Shown one piece after another: positions 48,591-61,943 of a stretch of 64,000 nucleotides of DNA. Position 1 is the stretch's first letter; every line of letters starts with the position of its first letter. The notes below the pieces were generated by a model. It saw only the letters and a program-made list of their open reading frames with translations, had not been told where the DNA came from and ran no database searches. The stretch comes from Setoptus koraiensis (Eukaryota > Animalia > Arthropoda): assembly GCA_048013815.1 (NCBI GenBank), contig CM106585.1, positions 19,282,001 through 19,346,000 on the forward strand, written 5' to 3'. The position numbers and the translations under genes were made by a program.

Positions 48591-51427
48591 CCAACAACAA
48601 CAGCAGCGCCAGCAACAACAACAACACACCGGCATCACTATCAGAGCGTCATCATCACGACAATAATACGACAGTTACGAGCGAACACGAACCAGTCTTC
48701 ATAAGTCACCATTCGGCGGATTTAAAATTTATCTACATCGATGAAAATGTCAAAAGCTTTGTAGAGTTCGAGCCCGAATTACTGCTAGGCAAGTCACTAT
48801 TACAATTCATTCACGTATTTGATACTCAACAATTGTATGGTAGCTACAAAGCGCGTAAGTAGACACCATTACTTTTACTTTGTTTATTATTTAACTCTCC
48901 GAGAATTCATCTAATAATCATCAGCCAGCCAGCCAGTGAGCCAGTGAGCCAACAGCTCAGCTATTTGGCCATCAAGTCGGTTAGTTAGTCAGTCAGTCAT
49001 TCAGTCGCTTCACTCATTCACTTTGCTCGTACAACAACTGTATAGTTGTTGTTACTACCAAAAGTATAACTATATCATAATGGTAATAATAACTGACAAC
49101 GATGTAGTTGCTGTCATGGAGACAGTTTGAGGAGCGAGGCAACTCGGCTAGGCCGGGCTCGACGCGGCTCAGCCGATTTACTATTTCTGATGTCACTTCT
49201 AGATTATGTTAGTGTTATAGCATCAGTGGCTTATCTCGTTGCAAGCCTTGCTACTCCTCACTGCACACACAAACACACATAACACAATCTATCCGTATAG
49301 CTCGCCCTGGCAAGCTATACCCGCTATCTATCTATCTCATTTCCTATGTCTTTGTTTCGTTGTCGTTGTCGTCGTCGTCGCCATCGTCGCCGCCGCCGCC
49401 GCAGCCGCCGTGGTTTACGTTCACTTAGCCAACTACTACTACAACTACAAATCGTATATGTGCTAGCTACATAACATTATCATTGCCTATTATGGATAAA
49501 ATACTCTCTATGTTTGTGTCTGCTCATATCAGGGTGTTGAATGGCATTTTTTAGCCAAGAGTGAGAGAGAGTTGTGTGATTATCAAGGCAGCAGTAGCAA
49601 CATTAGAATATGATAGAGATGCCGTTGTTGATCAAGACTATTACACAAATATAATAATAAAACACACACACACACACTCAATTTATCTAGACATATAGTG
49701 ACATAGCCAACTAGTGAAGCAGCTGAGCCTTGCCATTTCGCTGTTGCTGCCGCTGAGCTCTTTTAACACTTGATGAGCAGAGACAACAACAACAACAACA
49801 ACAACAATCATACTTATATATATATATATGTATATATATACATTCAGATATATATATTTTTAGTTATATAAGTATATATTTATATTAGTATATATTTATA
49901 TAAGTGTATATACATATACTTATAAACAATATATATAAATACATAGATATACGCCACACACTTTGTTCATAATTCATTCAATTTGATTTTCTATCTCTTC
50001 TTTTTGTGTCGTGTTGCGTTGATCATAATCATCATTCAATTCCTCCTTTCGTTTCATCAGTGCTCTCGAAGGATCATACCAAGACAGAATATTATCGATT
50101 CATAGCTAAACGTGGAGGCTTTGTATGGTTGCTAACCGAAGCCAGCATTGTCAATAGAGATGATTACGGGAAACCAAAAATAATTGCTTGCGTTAATCAT
50201 GTTATGAGCGGTATTAAAGATAAAAATATTATCATATCTAGTAAGCAAGTGGCAGCGCTATCACCCAATACTCAACAACAATTATCACCATCACCATCTC
50301 CATCACCATCGCCAACGCCACCACCACCACCATCGCCAGAAACAACAACAACAACAACAACAACAACACCGACAACTAATAATAACAATACTAATATCGA
50401 AGACCAACAACAACCAATAGTTGCCGATATACCTGTTACCTGTGTCGTGAATCCATCTTCGACACAACCTAAAGTCACTGATCTATTTCCACATTCTGTT
50501 CCCCATTTGAACACATACAAAATATTTGCACCAAAAACTGAAGATATGAATTCTTGTTTTTTGATGATCAACGACGAAGATGGAGCGGCAATATTATTAC
50601 CAGACACAGAGGTGGAACAAGAGGATCTAACTCATTTGGCTCCGCAAGCCGGCGATGTTTCGGTACCATTAGACGTTGAGCCATTAGATGGAATTATATT
50701 AGATCAGAATAGTCCTTTTTTAGAGGAACCCACTAAAGTTCCCATTATAGATAGTTTAGACATTTTTATAGACGGTTCTATTCCCGACGAAACGGAACAA
50801 CTACAACAGCAACAACATCATCATCAGCATCATCATCACAATCAACAACAACAACAACAAATACACCTACAACCACACATACAACCACACCTACAACAAC
50901 ATCATCATAATCATCAGCACAGTCTATCATTGCAACAATCTTGCGACAAGCAAGATTATTTAATCTATGATTACGCTAGCTGCTTAGGTATTAGTCCATC
51001 GCCACCACCATTGGAGGCCATGTCGTCATCAATTGGTATATTAGACAATGATAGTGACCCAGTTATTATGAATGGAATAATGAATAGTAACATTAACCAT
51101 AACAATAATAATAACAATAAGAAATCATGGGGTGATCACAGAAATCAACAGGTCAATGAAAGCTTCTTATCCGATGAAGATCTACAAGCCTGTATGATGA
51201 GTACACCATTCTCAAATGATATAGGCCTCGATTTTGATCCAATCGAAGAAGAAGATGATATATTAAACCAAGACAAAAGTCAACAACAGCCAGATCAACA
51301 GATCAATACATTTAGACATAGCGTTCTACTTAATCTGCTAGTAGATGGATCTGACATTGCCGCGGGATATACCAGTAAAAATTCCCGAGCTGTAACTATG
51401 AAGCATGTGTGTTCCTCAATGCACTAA
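48200..51427 (+). CDS. HIF1A: HIF-alpha (sima-like) bHLH-PAS factor, ~673 aa, 2 exons
   Basis: Exons 48200-48854 and 50061-51427 (phase 1). bHLH RRKEKAKIAARARR...IDKASIVRLAISYIK; PAS-B FISHHSADLKFIYIDE...YRFIAKRGGFVWLLTEA; ODD IFAPKTEDMN...DLTHLAP; C-terminal SVLLNLLVDG. Confidence 0.9.
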
Positions 51428-51622
51428 CATTAATTGTAATAATCATCAAAGAGAGTGAAGAGAACAAACAATAATCTAGTATTTTTGATTAAAAACATAT
51501 GTTTGAATTTATTTGATTCGGTCATAATGAAGGGAGTAGTTTATTGACCGAGTATTTAACAAACAAGTGATAAATGTGACAATCTTTTGTCAATCACTTA
51601 AATTGTATTCTACAAAAATTTC

Positions 51623-54600
51623 CTAAAATGGTTCTTGTTCTGGCTCCGACAGATACCTGATAAATTTCGGCGAACTATCTCTAGCCTTACTCCATCGAGA
51701 TTCTGTGAACCGTGTTGAAAAGTCTGATTCAGTGAATAAGCCTTCAAAGATCATATGCTCGAAGATATCACCCAGTAAATCTATGTAAAGATGATGTCAG
51801 ATCAAATAGATATATAAGTAAAAGAGTTAATGGTAGAACAAGAGCGGTGGTCAAGTAGTTAAGTGACAATATTTAATCGTACTGGTAGTACTTACGAGTC
51901 GGATAATCTAACTGCTCAACGTAATCTGTTATTCCCATTATTATTGAATCATTGGACACATCGCCTTTATGCAACAGGGAAAGGATTGTCTTGCTATGTT
52001 CGGTCAATCGTTCTTTTTCCAACATAAATTGGCCGTCGTATTCTAAAGAGTATCCGAGCAAAAAAGAGGAGATCAGCAGAGAAGTGAGTTGATAAATAAA
52101 ATTGAAAATCTTAAATACATTCAATAAAATTTCTTTGATAGGAAATACTCACTCGAAACGCAGCCTTTAATCATTTGTATAACCATATCTTGCTGGAACA
52201 AAAATTGATATGATTGTTTTAGATCTCAATTAATTAGCAACAAGTGTTGAAAATTTGAAAAAGATCGGAATACATTGGGTTGTGTCAAGAGCACCCGTGG
52301 CGTAAACACTCACCTTACTTTCAACGCTTTTAGATTCAGTCGATTGATATTCCGTGTGTCTATCTGATGGTATCGGATTAGATATGTTTTTATTCGCGGG
52401 GTTGAGAGATGAAGACCCTTTAACATTAGATTGTGTTGTTATCGGTTTCTGGTTTGTTTGTCGGGAGTCAGGATTAGGTTTTGATGTATTGGTAGAATTT
52501 GGTAGCGGAAGTGGGTTTAAGGGAGCGAGCCTTATCACATCACTGAATAACATCGAAGATCAGAGGGGAACAACATGGTTAGTTCGAATGTTTGTTTCTT
52601 GAAGGGGTCTAACACTTCTAGATCGACAAACAACCACGCGTGTTTCATCTGATCTACAACAGTTAATTGAATTGATTTGAATCACTCACCTATTTTGATT
52701 AGGCGAAGAGTGGTTCATTGGTGATGGTCTGCTATAAGAGTGAGGCTTGAGAGATTGTACCGAGTTGGATGATTCAGTGGTCAAGATGCCCAGGCGACTA
52801 GTCTGATTGTTAGCTGAATTCTTTGTTAATTCATTCAATAAACTCGGTGTTTGCTCATATTGTCGGACGCTGGCTATAGAGCAAAAATGTTGAAAAAAAA
52901 ATAGATCAATTGAAACAGTTAGCTTATGTTGCCGAGAAAAATTCTTTATGACAACCCTTAATCAAATTATTGATACAAACCTTTTCTCCTCATCTCTTCA
53001 TTATTTTTTCTATCAGCTAAACTCCTCTGACTTATGCTATTTTTCAATAAAGTTTCTTGAGCTGCCTCACGGTGAATTTCGTCAATCTTCTTAGGGTTGT
53101 TTTCTTGATTTCTCGGCTTCCAACCTCTTTTACGGAATTCTAAAATGTCAAGAATCTTGAATTTTATTCTAACATCGAGTGAAAGTTTCTCCAAATTTGC
53201 TTTGTTACTCGCTATGTTCTGCATTGCCGTTAAAGTATTACTCAATCCTTCCCTTACTTTTACATCTTCACTTGCGTTGAGCTTGGCTCCTACAGTTAAA
53301 ATCAAGCTGCACAAACATTCAAGATTTTCACTCGTCGGCGATTCAATCAGACGGTGCATACAAACTCCAATAATAACGGGAAGCAGAAGATCGAGCTTAT
53401 ACATTTCTCCTATTAACTTGATTGTACCTAAATATTTTCTTCTTCGTAATCTCTGCTCTTCATATAACTCATCCATAAGTTGTTTGCGCTTTTGTGAATC
53501 GGTGGTTGCTTCAATCTCTTCTTGACGTTCTATCACATTTAATCCATCGTAGATATCCTCGTTCTCGAATTCTTTCTGGCACTTCTTTACCAACGCGTAA
53601 CTGAAGATTGTAGAAGAATCGTCCGTTGTCTTTGTACCTACAACTTTGCATAGATTGGCGTATAATTCACAAAAGTTAGGCTCGTCTACGGCCTTGTCGA
53701 ATACGAGATCAATTACCCTGTTCATTCGATCACTTGTTCCTAAATCAAGTAGCTTAATCTTCTCGATCAATTGATCGTACTTCTGGGGGGTCAATTTATT
53801 CAAGTGGCCTCTGAAGATCTTTATGAGTCGATCAGTATCGATTTTCTCGGCCTCTGTTTCATTGGGACTCTTTGCCAAGTCGGGCTTCCAGGGATTCTTT
53901 GCTGTCTTGAGTTCAACTTCCTGCTGGAAAGAAGTAGTTGCAATGATACGTCGAGGTTTATTGTTGACTTGCTGACTCAGGCGCCTTTGGGCTGTATCAC
54001 GATTAAATTGATTGTATCCGGAGTTCATTAAGAAAGGAGGTGCGAAGTTAGGTGGTTCTTTCAGTTCATTTGATCTAACAGGCGGCCGAGCATGACATGA
54101 TAGACCCATGACTAGAGCAACCTTCCGCAAGAAATCTCTGGAGTATTTTCTCCTTCCATCGGGATTAGTTGGAGAGAACTGTCCTTCTTCGTATGTTAAC
54201 TCGGACTTGGTATCGGGTGTGGCACTTTCTTGCTTAGTTTCTTTTTCTTCGTTTTGGGTTGGGGTCGACGCCTCGGATTGAGGCATGCTCGATAGTTTAT
54301 TCGAGGATGGAAACGACGATGAGACACTGACTTTATCTGCACTCAACTCTTCGCCACCCAAATCTAGATGCAACGCCCTGGAAGCATTCGAACCAACGTC
54401 CGTGGAATTATTTTCAAGCGATTCTTTTCTTGATGAGTCATGATTGGACTGTTTGTCCGAGGTTTCAATGCGGGCATCTTCTTGTCCCTCGGAATTATCC
54501 TCATCGACAGTAGTTTTCTCTTTCGACTGCTCATCACTTGTTTGACTGTCCACTGAGTTTTGTTCTGTTGTGCAGATGTCAGTACCTTGTCTACCAAGCT

Positions 54601-57199
54601 TTTCTGCTACATCACCCGAGATTTCATCAATATCACTTCGTTTTTCTATATTATCAGCAAGATTTAACCTCTGCAATCCAATAGTAATTGTTTCGCTAGA
54701 TGCTGCGGCGTTATCACATACATCTATTGCTTGTGGTTTGCTTGTTTCATCCTTATCTTTTGCTACTTCCGTCTTAGAGATGTCTTGATTTATCTGATTG
54801 GGTTCTGCTGACTTGGATACATCGCAGGTGGATTTTTCTTGGTCCACGGGAGAATCGTCCTCTTCAACTCGGGATATTACTGATTTCTCGGAAATATCGT
54901 CTGACTGAGCTTTATCGACATTCGAGTCTACTTTGTCATCCGGCTTAGTAGGCCCAGCTACTTTAGTTGCGGAGGCGCTACACTCACTAGACTGTTCGAC
55001 TGGGCTAGATGATGAACTGGCACTTGTCGGTCTAACTTCGGGGCTACCAGATATGGACGATCTCGTTAGATCATCTGTTGCTGGTGTAGATGAGGTTACA
55101 GATCCAGTTTTTGGAGTCGGTGCTAACAACTGCTCCTTTGTTAATGCACGCCCAGTCTTAGGATCAACAATGGAAATCTTTTTAGATTCCTTAACTCTGC
55201 CAAATGAGGCTTGATGACTAGATGCCGGTGTAGGATGATTTGAAGTAGGTATATTGGGTTGAGTGATCACTTGATGAAGGGGATTATGAGCAGGCTGAGA
55301 GACAGAGATTGCAGCCATGTGAGATCCGGCAGCAACCGGTTGTGGGCTAGTATAAGCGCTCGTTATGTGCTGATCAACCTCATTTGTCGGTCCATGAGGT
55401 GTTATATAGGTCGAGTTTTGCTGTTGAAAAGGAAACGGCATAAGGTATGGTAAACTATTGTATGTGGGCATATAATAGTTTTGATGATAAATAGGCGGCC
55501 TAGCCGATGGGTCGTGCTGCTGTTGTTGCTGCATTTGGAGAGGTCCTTTTGTTGGAGCTTGCCGCGCTGGGTGCATTTGCGGCGACTGTTGATGAAGTAA
55601 AGGTCCAGAGGCATTAGGCGCGGGTATATTCTGCTGATGTGGAGGGAAATTGGGTTGAGTGATTGATGGAAACTTGGGGGATGTATTGGAATAGTGTATG
55701 TTTGGTTGTGGACCTAGATGGTTAGAACCTAAAGGAACTCCGGTTGGATTCAACGTATTGGGTATTTGATGAAACTGCGACGGGTGTGGTGGACCGTGCG
55801 GAAAACCTACGAATGCAGGATGCATTTGATAATATTGTTGTTGTGGTTGATTTATGAGAGGGTGGTGACTTGGTTGTTGAATGTGAGGCTGGTTATGTGT
55901 AGTAGGTTGTTGCTGCTGAGCTTGTGGCATAGGAGCAACACCTGATGCTGACTGGTGTGTGATCGGATTTGACTGCAAGTTAGCCATGTGAGCCTGGTTT
56001 GAATGGTTTGGGTTTGCCTGCTGATTGATAGGGAGCATTGGAGGATTTGTTTGAACGTTGTGCTGAATTCCAGATGCTGCCTTGTGCTGATGGTCTACAA
56101 TAGAATGTGGACTCGAGACATGCATTGTAGCCTGAGGTGGCTGATTAGATTGTTGCTTTTGTTGCCCAGATGAATCTTGGTTCTGTGTTAGTTGTTGAAG
56201 TACCTGTGGGGGTGGTTTGTTTTGATTTGTCGCGATAATAGAAGGAACGGCCAACTGAGCGCCGACTATTTGACCAGCATGTGACTGAGGATGCGCATTA
56301 TGAGGGTTGTGAATATTGTGATGGTGAGGATTCTGTGTCTGATTTGGCTGATGATGATGATGAATATGATGGTGATGATGATGTGGTTGTTGTTGCTGGT
56401 GATGATGATAAACATGACCATGATGAGGAGCCAGGTGTTGGTGATGAGATAGATTCGGTGGCATGTTAGGTTGCGCTGAAGGCATATGAGATTGATTCAT
56501 ATTGACAGAACCAACTCCGGTATTAGTAGATGTGGGCGTAGGTTGTTGGTGATGTACCATGTGAGGATTGTGAACAGCAGCAGTCGATGTCTTATCAGGA
56601 GCTATGGGCATTTGGATGGTAGATTGTTGTTGCTGTTGTTGTTGTTGTGATGTGTGTTGTTGCTGTAAAACATTGGACGAAGTTTGACTATTCTTATTGT
56701 TGGGTGTGATGCTCATGTTGTTTCCAGCGTTATTGGTCACATTAACAGAATCTGGTATAGAAGCTTGATGATTGTGAGGCGGCTTTTGTTGTTGCTGGTG
56801 TTGTAGTGAAGGCTGTTGCTGAGACGAGACAAACATGGTTGCCGATGGATGCTGTGACGGTTGCGGCAAAGATTGCGGCTGTTGGTGAGAGTTTTGTGAT
56901 GGAGGTGGTACATTATTGTTGTTGCTGTTGTTGATATTATTATTATTATGCTGCTGATTGTGATGATTGTGCTGCCGACCGGGCTGTGTGGTTTGTTGAT
57001 TATTCACTGGTCCTCTTGATTGCCTATGATTTTGGTTGTTGGTATGTGATGGTTTTTGCCGGTAGGATGGTCCATAATTCTTGCTATGGTTGCCTCCTGC
57101 GTAACTACCATGTGATGATGGTCCATGATTGCTACTATTGTTAGGTCGGCTATCTCCACTTTTGTTGACCGTCGCAGCGTTGTTTACAACAGGGCCCAT
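51623..57199 (-). CDS. eIF4G: Eukaryotic initiation factor 4G, ~1658 aa, 6 exons
   Basis: Exons 57199-52981, 52873-52690, 52542-52314, 52192-52153, 52042-51896 and 51780-51623 (all GT-AG, phases match). PABP-site-like KKISIVDPKTG, 4E-site-like YSRDFL, MIF4G (LNKLTPQKY, FDKAVDEPNFCELYANLC, RIKFKILDILEFR) and an MA3-like tail. Confidence 0.93.
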
Positions 57200-57977
57200 G
57201 TTGTATGTTTGTACTGTCTGTGAAATGAGATGAAATGTACCTCTTTTAATATTATTATTATTAATATTATTATTGTTGCTTCTGGTGGCGGTGTTATAAT
57301 AACAATTATTATTGTTGTTGCTGCTTCTGGTGTCGGTGTTGCTGTTGTTGGCAAGGTTAATTGTCGCCTATAATATTAGCAACGATAATGTTCAATTCAA
57401 TTTATTTTGTGCTCTAATAACAAATTGGAATAAGTCGGGTCTCAGTTTATTTGTGTGTTTGTGTGTGTGAGTGTGTGTGAGCGAGTTTATTCTTGCTGTA
57501 ATAGGCTCTCCTATGTGCGGTATAATAGTGACAATCGATGAAGATTACAATGTCTCCAATTTTCGAAAAATATCCTAGTTGCGATACTAATTGATTTCAA
57601 TTAACGTGTATGCCTGTATCTCCGGTGAACAGTAAATTTTTGCTGTTGATTCATTCATATAGACGTATCATAATATATGTATATAGAATTACATACATAC
57701 ACATATATGTATAGCTATGTAGATTTTGCTAGATGTGATGAATTAAATATGTATCAAGACTAATGAGAAGATAGATCAAGTGATAGCGAGAATACAGGTG
57801 ATGATGATGAGATCATTGTGTGCTGTCTCTTTCTACACTATCAAGATTCCTTGCCCGTTCGTCTGTTCGTCTGTGTTTATGCTCTGTCTGCTGCTGCTGC
57901 ACACACACACACACACACACACATTTGCTGTTGCTTTTGCCATTAATGCGTTGCTCATGTAAAGAGAATCGGCTACT

Positions 57978-58009
<32 letters not shown>

Positions 58010-58429
58010 AGCAGCCCTTGCTTTATCAATATTAGTTCGTTTGCTCTTTCTCGCACACTGCTTTGGCCCGCTGTCGTCTGCCTGTGTGCATGTGTCGTTT
58101 TTAAGCAAAAACGCTCCCACTCACACCAAGTATGACCCGGTGCAACAAGCAAACTCTCGTCTGCTTCACTCGTATACACGCTGCCCTTAACACTGCATTT
58201 TTCGCAATCCACACTCAAGGCCGCACACGCACAGACTGTACGCAAGCGTGCTCACACCCAACATTTTGTAATACATTTTTGCGCGCACACTGTGCCCGCG
58301 TCAAATACACGTCTCACAGCTGGGGCAAGCGGCGCACGCTACGCCGTGTGCCCGTGCGCGGCACGACTACTTTCTACGGTGGTGCGACTTAATCCTCACA
58401 CCCCAAATAAATTCATCTTCGGCTGTCTC

Positions 58430-58431
<2 letters not shown>

Positions 58432-58494
<63 letters not shown>
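58432..58494. repeat. (GT)n microsatellite
   Basis: About 31 units. Confidence 0.95.
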
Positions 58495-58495
<1 letters not shown>

Positions 58496-59139
58496 TCGCT
58501 CTCTTTCTAAGCGCGCATACACACACACACACACAGTTCAACTCTCTGCGATACACACGGTGGCCCCATCATAGCACTTCCGAATCGAACAAACTGTGCC
58601 TAACATTCAACGCATATCTCTGTGCAGGAATAACACTGGCGAGGCTTGGCGTACAATAATCAGTTCGAAAAGAATTCTTGACAGCAACAACCTCTTCGCG
58701 TCGTTGACGCACACACCGCGCAAACTAGTGACGCATATCAACTCATATTGCACCCACACGATAAAGGGCCACAATTGTGAAGTCACACTGTGAACTGTCG
58801 GTGTGTGCAGAGCTGCTGTGTTGTGTGCGAGAATAAGGCGGCAAAAGGGGAAGAACAACTCTTATTCCCATGTGCGCAGCACGTGCCCGCGAAACTTGAA
58901 CTAGTTCGCGATTTTTATTCACTGGGCTTGTTGTCAATTAACATCAGTTATACTCGGTGGTAACCATATTGATGATGGTAAAAAAATTAATGAGACAAAC
59001 GTAAACATACTATCTAACATGATTTTGGGACTACTACCAAGGTATAATTTTATATTTTTTATGAATTGTATCATCAGTGAATTATTGTATTCTCGTTTCA
59101 GCTTTTAACTTGTTTAATTTCAACAAGGGTCCCTTTGAG

Positions 59140-59595
59140 ATGACTCTTGACAACAACATTCACGCCGCCACGTGTCAAGAGGAGGCCCAACAGTTTGACA
59201 GAATCAAGATATTTGACACTAGTTTGGAATGGCTCGAACATGATGAACACTGGCTGACGTCTACAAAATCGGCCGATTGTCCTCAATGTCATCGGTGTCC
59301 ACCAACGCCCGGCCTACTCAATCAGACATTTACTTGCGTGCCAAACGTCGTCCATACAACGGCCACCAAAGGCAAGGTGGAGGATCTTATCGATCTCAAT
59401 GAAACATTTGAAGTTAAACAACAAAACCATACTATCAATATTAGTGATACTAGCAATGATACACAACCCCGTCAAAAAGCTCCCGTCAAGCTCAATGTCA
59501 CGCTTAATGGTCCGTCCCGGTCGAAACCATTGACTACCAAAATACCAATGATACCAAGATACAGATTTGGAGCACACCTCAGAAATCCATCGTAA
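59140..59595 (+). CDS. Uncharacterised small protein, 151 aa (may be a last exon)
   Basis: Non-repetitive ORF. A pyrimidine tract plus CAG acceptor at ~59101 precedes it. No recognised domain. Confidence 0.55.
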   Translation: MTLDNNIHAATCQEEAQQFDRIKIFDTSLEWLEHDEHWLTSTKSADCPQCHRCPPTPGLLNQTFTCVPNVVHTTATKGKVEDLIDLNETFEVKQQNHTINISDTSNDTQPRQKAPVKLNVTLNGPSRSKPLTTKIPMIPRYRFGAHLRNPS

Positions 59596-59795
59596 ATAGC
59601 AGTCAATATATATATTCAAACATATATATATGTCTATATAGTGAGAAATCAAGTGTGATATGTTACAATCACCGAAAACGGCCTAAAAATTCAGTTCAAC
59701 TTGTTAACTTAGATATTTCAAAATTTAATACTGTTAAAAAAAAGAAACTATACTTCACGCGCATCCTATTTAATAAAAAACGTATCTTATTAGTG

Positions 59796-61272
59796 CTAAT
59801 GCCACTTTATTATATAGTAATTCTTCTTGCCTATGCGAATAATAGTAGTCTTGTTCGGCAATATTAGATCCGTTGTTATGGTCACATCCTTGGACATCAC
59901 TCTCTTGTTGTTGAAAGACACTCCACCGGCCTGAATAACTCTGAGAGCGTCTGCCTCATATTTGAAACATTTGCACTTCATGACTATATCCAGAGCTGTC
60001 AGTTCGTCGTCGTGTATAATGTCAGTCAAGGCGTTGTCGCAAAACAGTTCCAGCAGCTCTGTTTCGTTTAATTTGCCCAATTCTAATGGATCTTGATCAT
60101 AAAAGACCTTGGTAAGTTTTTTTGCCGATTCCAAGCCCTGTTCGCCGTGCAGTAGCAGACAAACATGTTCGGCGAGTTTTCTCTGACAAAACCAAACATC
60201 GTCGCGCTTTTTCAAATGTTTTATCATCATGTCCTCGATAGTATGATCGTCTATAAAAGTGTATATTTTAAGAAATTCATCAACTTTAGTATCGGGGATC
60301 CTATGAAAGTATTGATATAGCTTGAAGGCGCTGGTCTTTGACCCGTTAAGCCACACAGTTGTGCCGACGTTATCTTGACTATCGTTGGACTTTCCAATTT
60401 TTTTACCATTTTGATTTGTGATTATAGGTGTGAGTAGGCCAAATGCGTCAGTTGCGGACACTTTTTTGATTAGTTCATGACCAGTGTATATGTTGCCAGA
60501 TTGATCCATGCCACCTATTTGTATTCTGCAGTCAAATTGTTGTCTCAGATGCAACCAATCGTAGGCTTGGAATACTTGATAGCAAAACTCTGACAAGTTC
60601 ATACCCGAGGGCGAATTTATTCTCTCCGCTAGAGATTTCTTGTGCAGTAGGGAGCCCACGCGAACTTGTTTGAAATGGTCAGCGATGAAATCGATGACAT
60701 TCTTGTCATTGTACCACTGAGAATTTGTTAGGAACCTGTCAGTATATAACAGTATGTCAGAATATAGTCATATATTTCGGTACATAGTGCTTAGGATTAG
60801 TGTAACTATAGATTAGTGTCAATAGGCCGAGGAGAAGAGCGCCGACTCACCTGGGTTTCTCCATTTTCAGATGATTCGAAATGTATTTTTTGTGATTGTC
60901 GAAGATATGTTTGAGATTATCACAAATTTTGAGCGCATTCTGCTTGATGACGGCATCGTCAATCACTTTGCGGTCCTCTAAATGTCCGCTGGGATCGCCA
61001 ACTTTGGCCGTGGCATCGCCAACAACGCAAATGACACGATGTCCTTGACGCTGAAAATTCAACAAATTCATCACAGTCACCAGATTGCCTATGTGTAAAC
61101 TGTCTGAGGTGGCATCGAAGCCCGCATAGACGGTGGCCGGTTTAACTGCTAATGTCTGTCTGATTTTGGCATGATATTCGGCACTGTCGGGATATGTGCT
61201 GGCTAGAAGTCCGCGATGAAGCAATTTGTCCAGCAGTCCCGCGCCGGTGGCTCGGACAATGGGCGAGGCCAT
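59796..61272 (-). CDS. YARS2: Mitochondrial tyrosyl-tRNA synthetase, 453 aa, 2 exons
   Basis: Exons 61272-60851 and 60735-59796 (phase 2). VYAGFDATSDSLHIGN, YQVFQAYDW, QIGGMDQSGNI, KIGKS and an S4-like tail. Confidence 0.96.
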
Positions 61273-61534
61273 GCCCTCCTGGATATACGATGATAAAGAT
61301 GATATTTGAAGTTAATTTAAATGGGGATTTTATAAAGGATTGTTGCCTTGTGGGGAGCACATTGCCGGATTGCGGCCATATCCAAATGTAAACAAAGCCA
61401 TGGCGCACACACACACACACACATGTGTGCACTTGCCATGTGAGCATGGACGGCGCCGCCGCAATAAGTCATCGCTCTAGTTTGCGCCATTTGACACTTG
61501 CGTAATCCATCGATGATCTGTGATTTCTCACACC

Positions 61535-61569
<35 letters not shown>

Positions 61570-61943
61570 TATCCGTCGTCGTCTATTGCATCAGCCAACA
61601 AAGAGGCCAACCTTGCCACCTCTCTGTTGGCCCCTTCAGTCCTGCTAATCCGGTCGTTTCTGTTGGTTTGCTGGGGCTTGCCAGCGACTGCGCGCCTTTT
61701 CCTGGGCCCATCGCCAAATGGAAGGGATATTTACATCTGTGTTTCTTTCCTCCATATTTCTTCCATTAAGAAGAATATTGACATAATAGATAGTGTTGAA
61801 TTTAGAAAATTTAATCTCCTAGCCGAACACTTCACCACCACTCACGTTTCTCGATCGATTCTCTGTGAACTCAGCGCTGGCGAGCACCTTTAGCGAAGCA
61901 TCTTGTTTTATCGTCAATATAGTCCCAAAATAATAGAGCCACC

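Noticed and set aside
52543-52689. Stop-codon readthrough at an in-frame TGA (~52561) in eIF4G
   Set aside because: An intron 52689-52543 with an ACTAAC branch point and TTCAG acceptor removes the TGA in the correct phase; the nearer acceptor would need a 36-nt intron.
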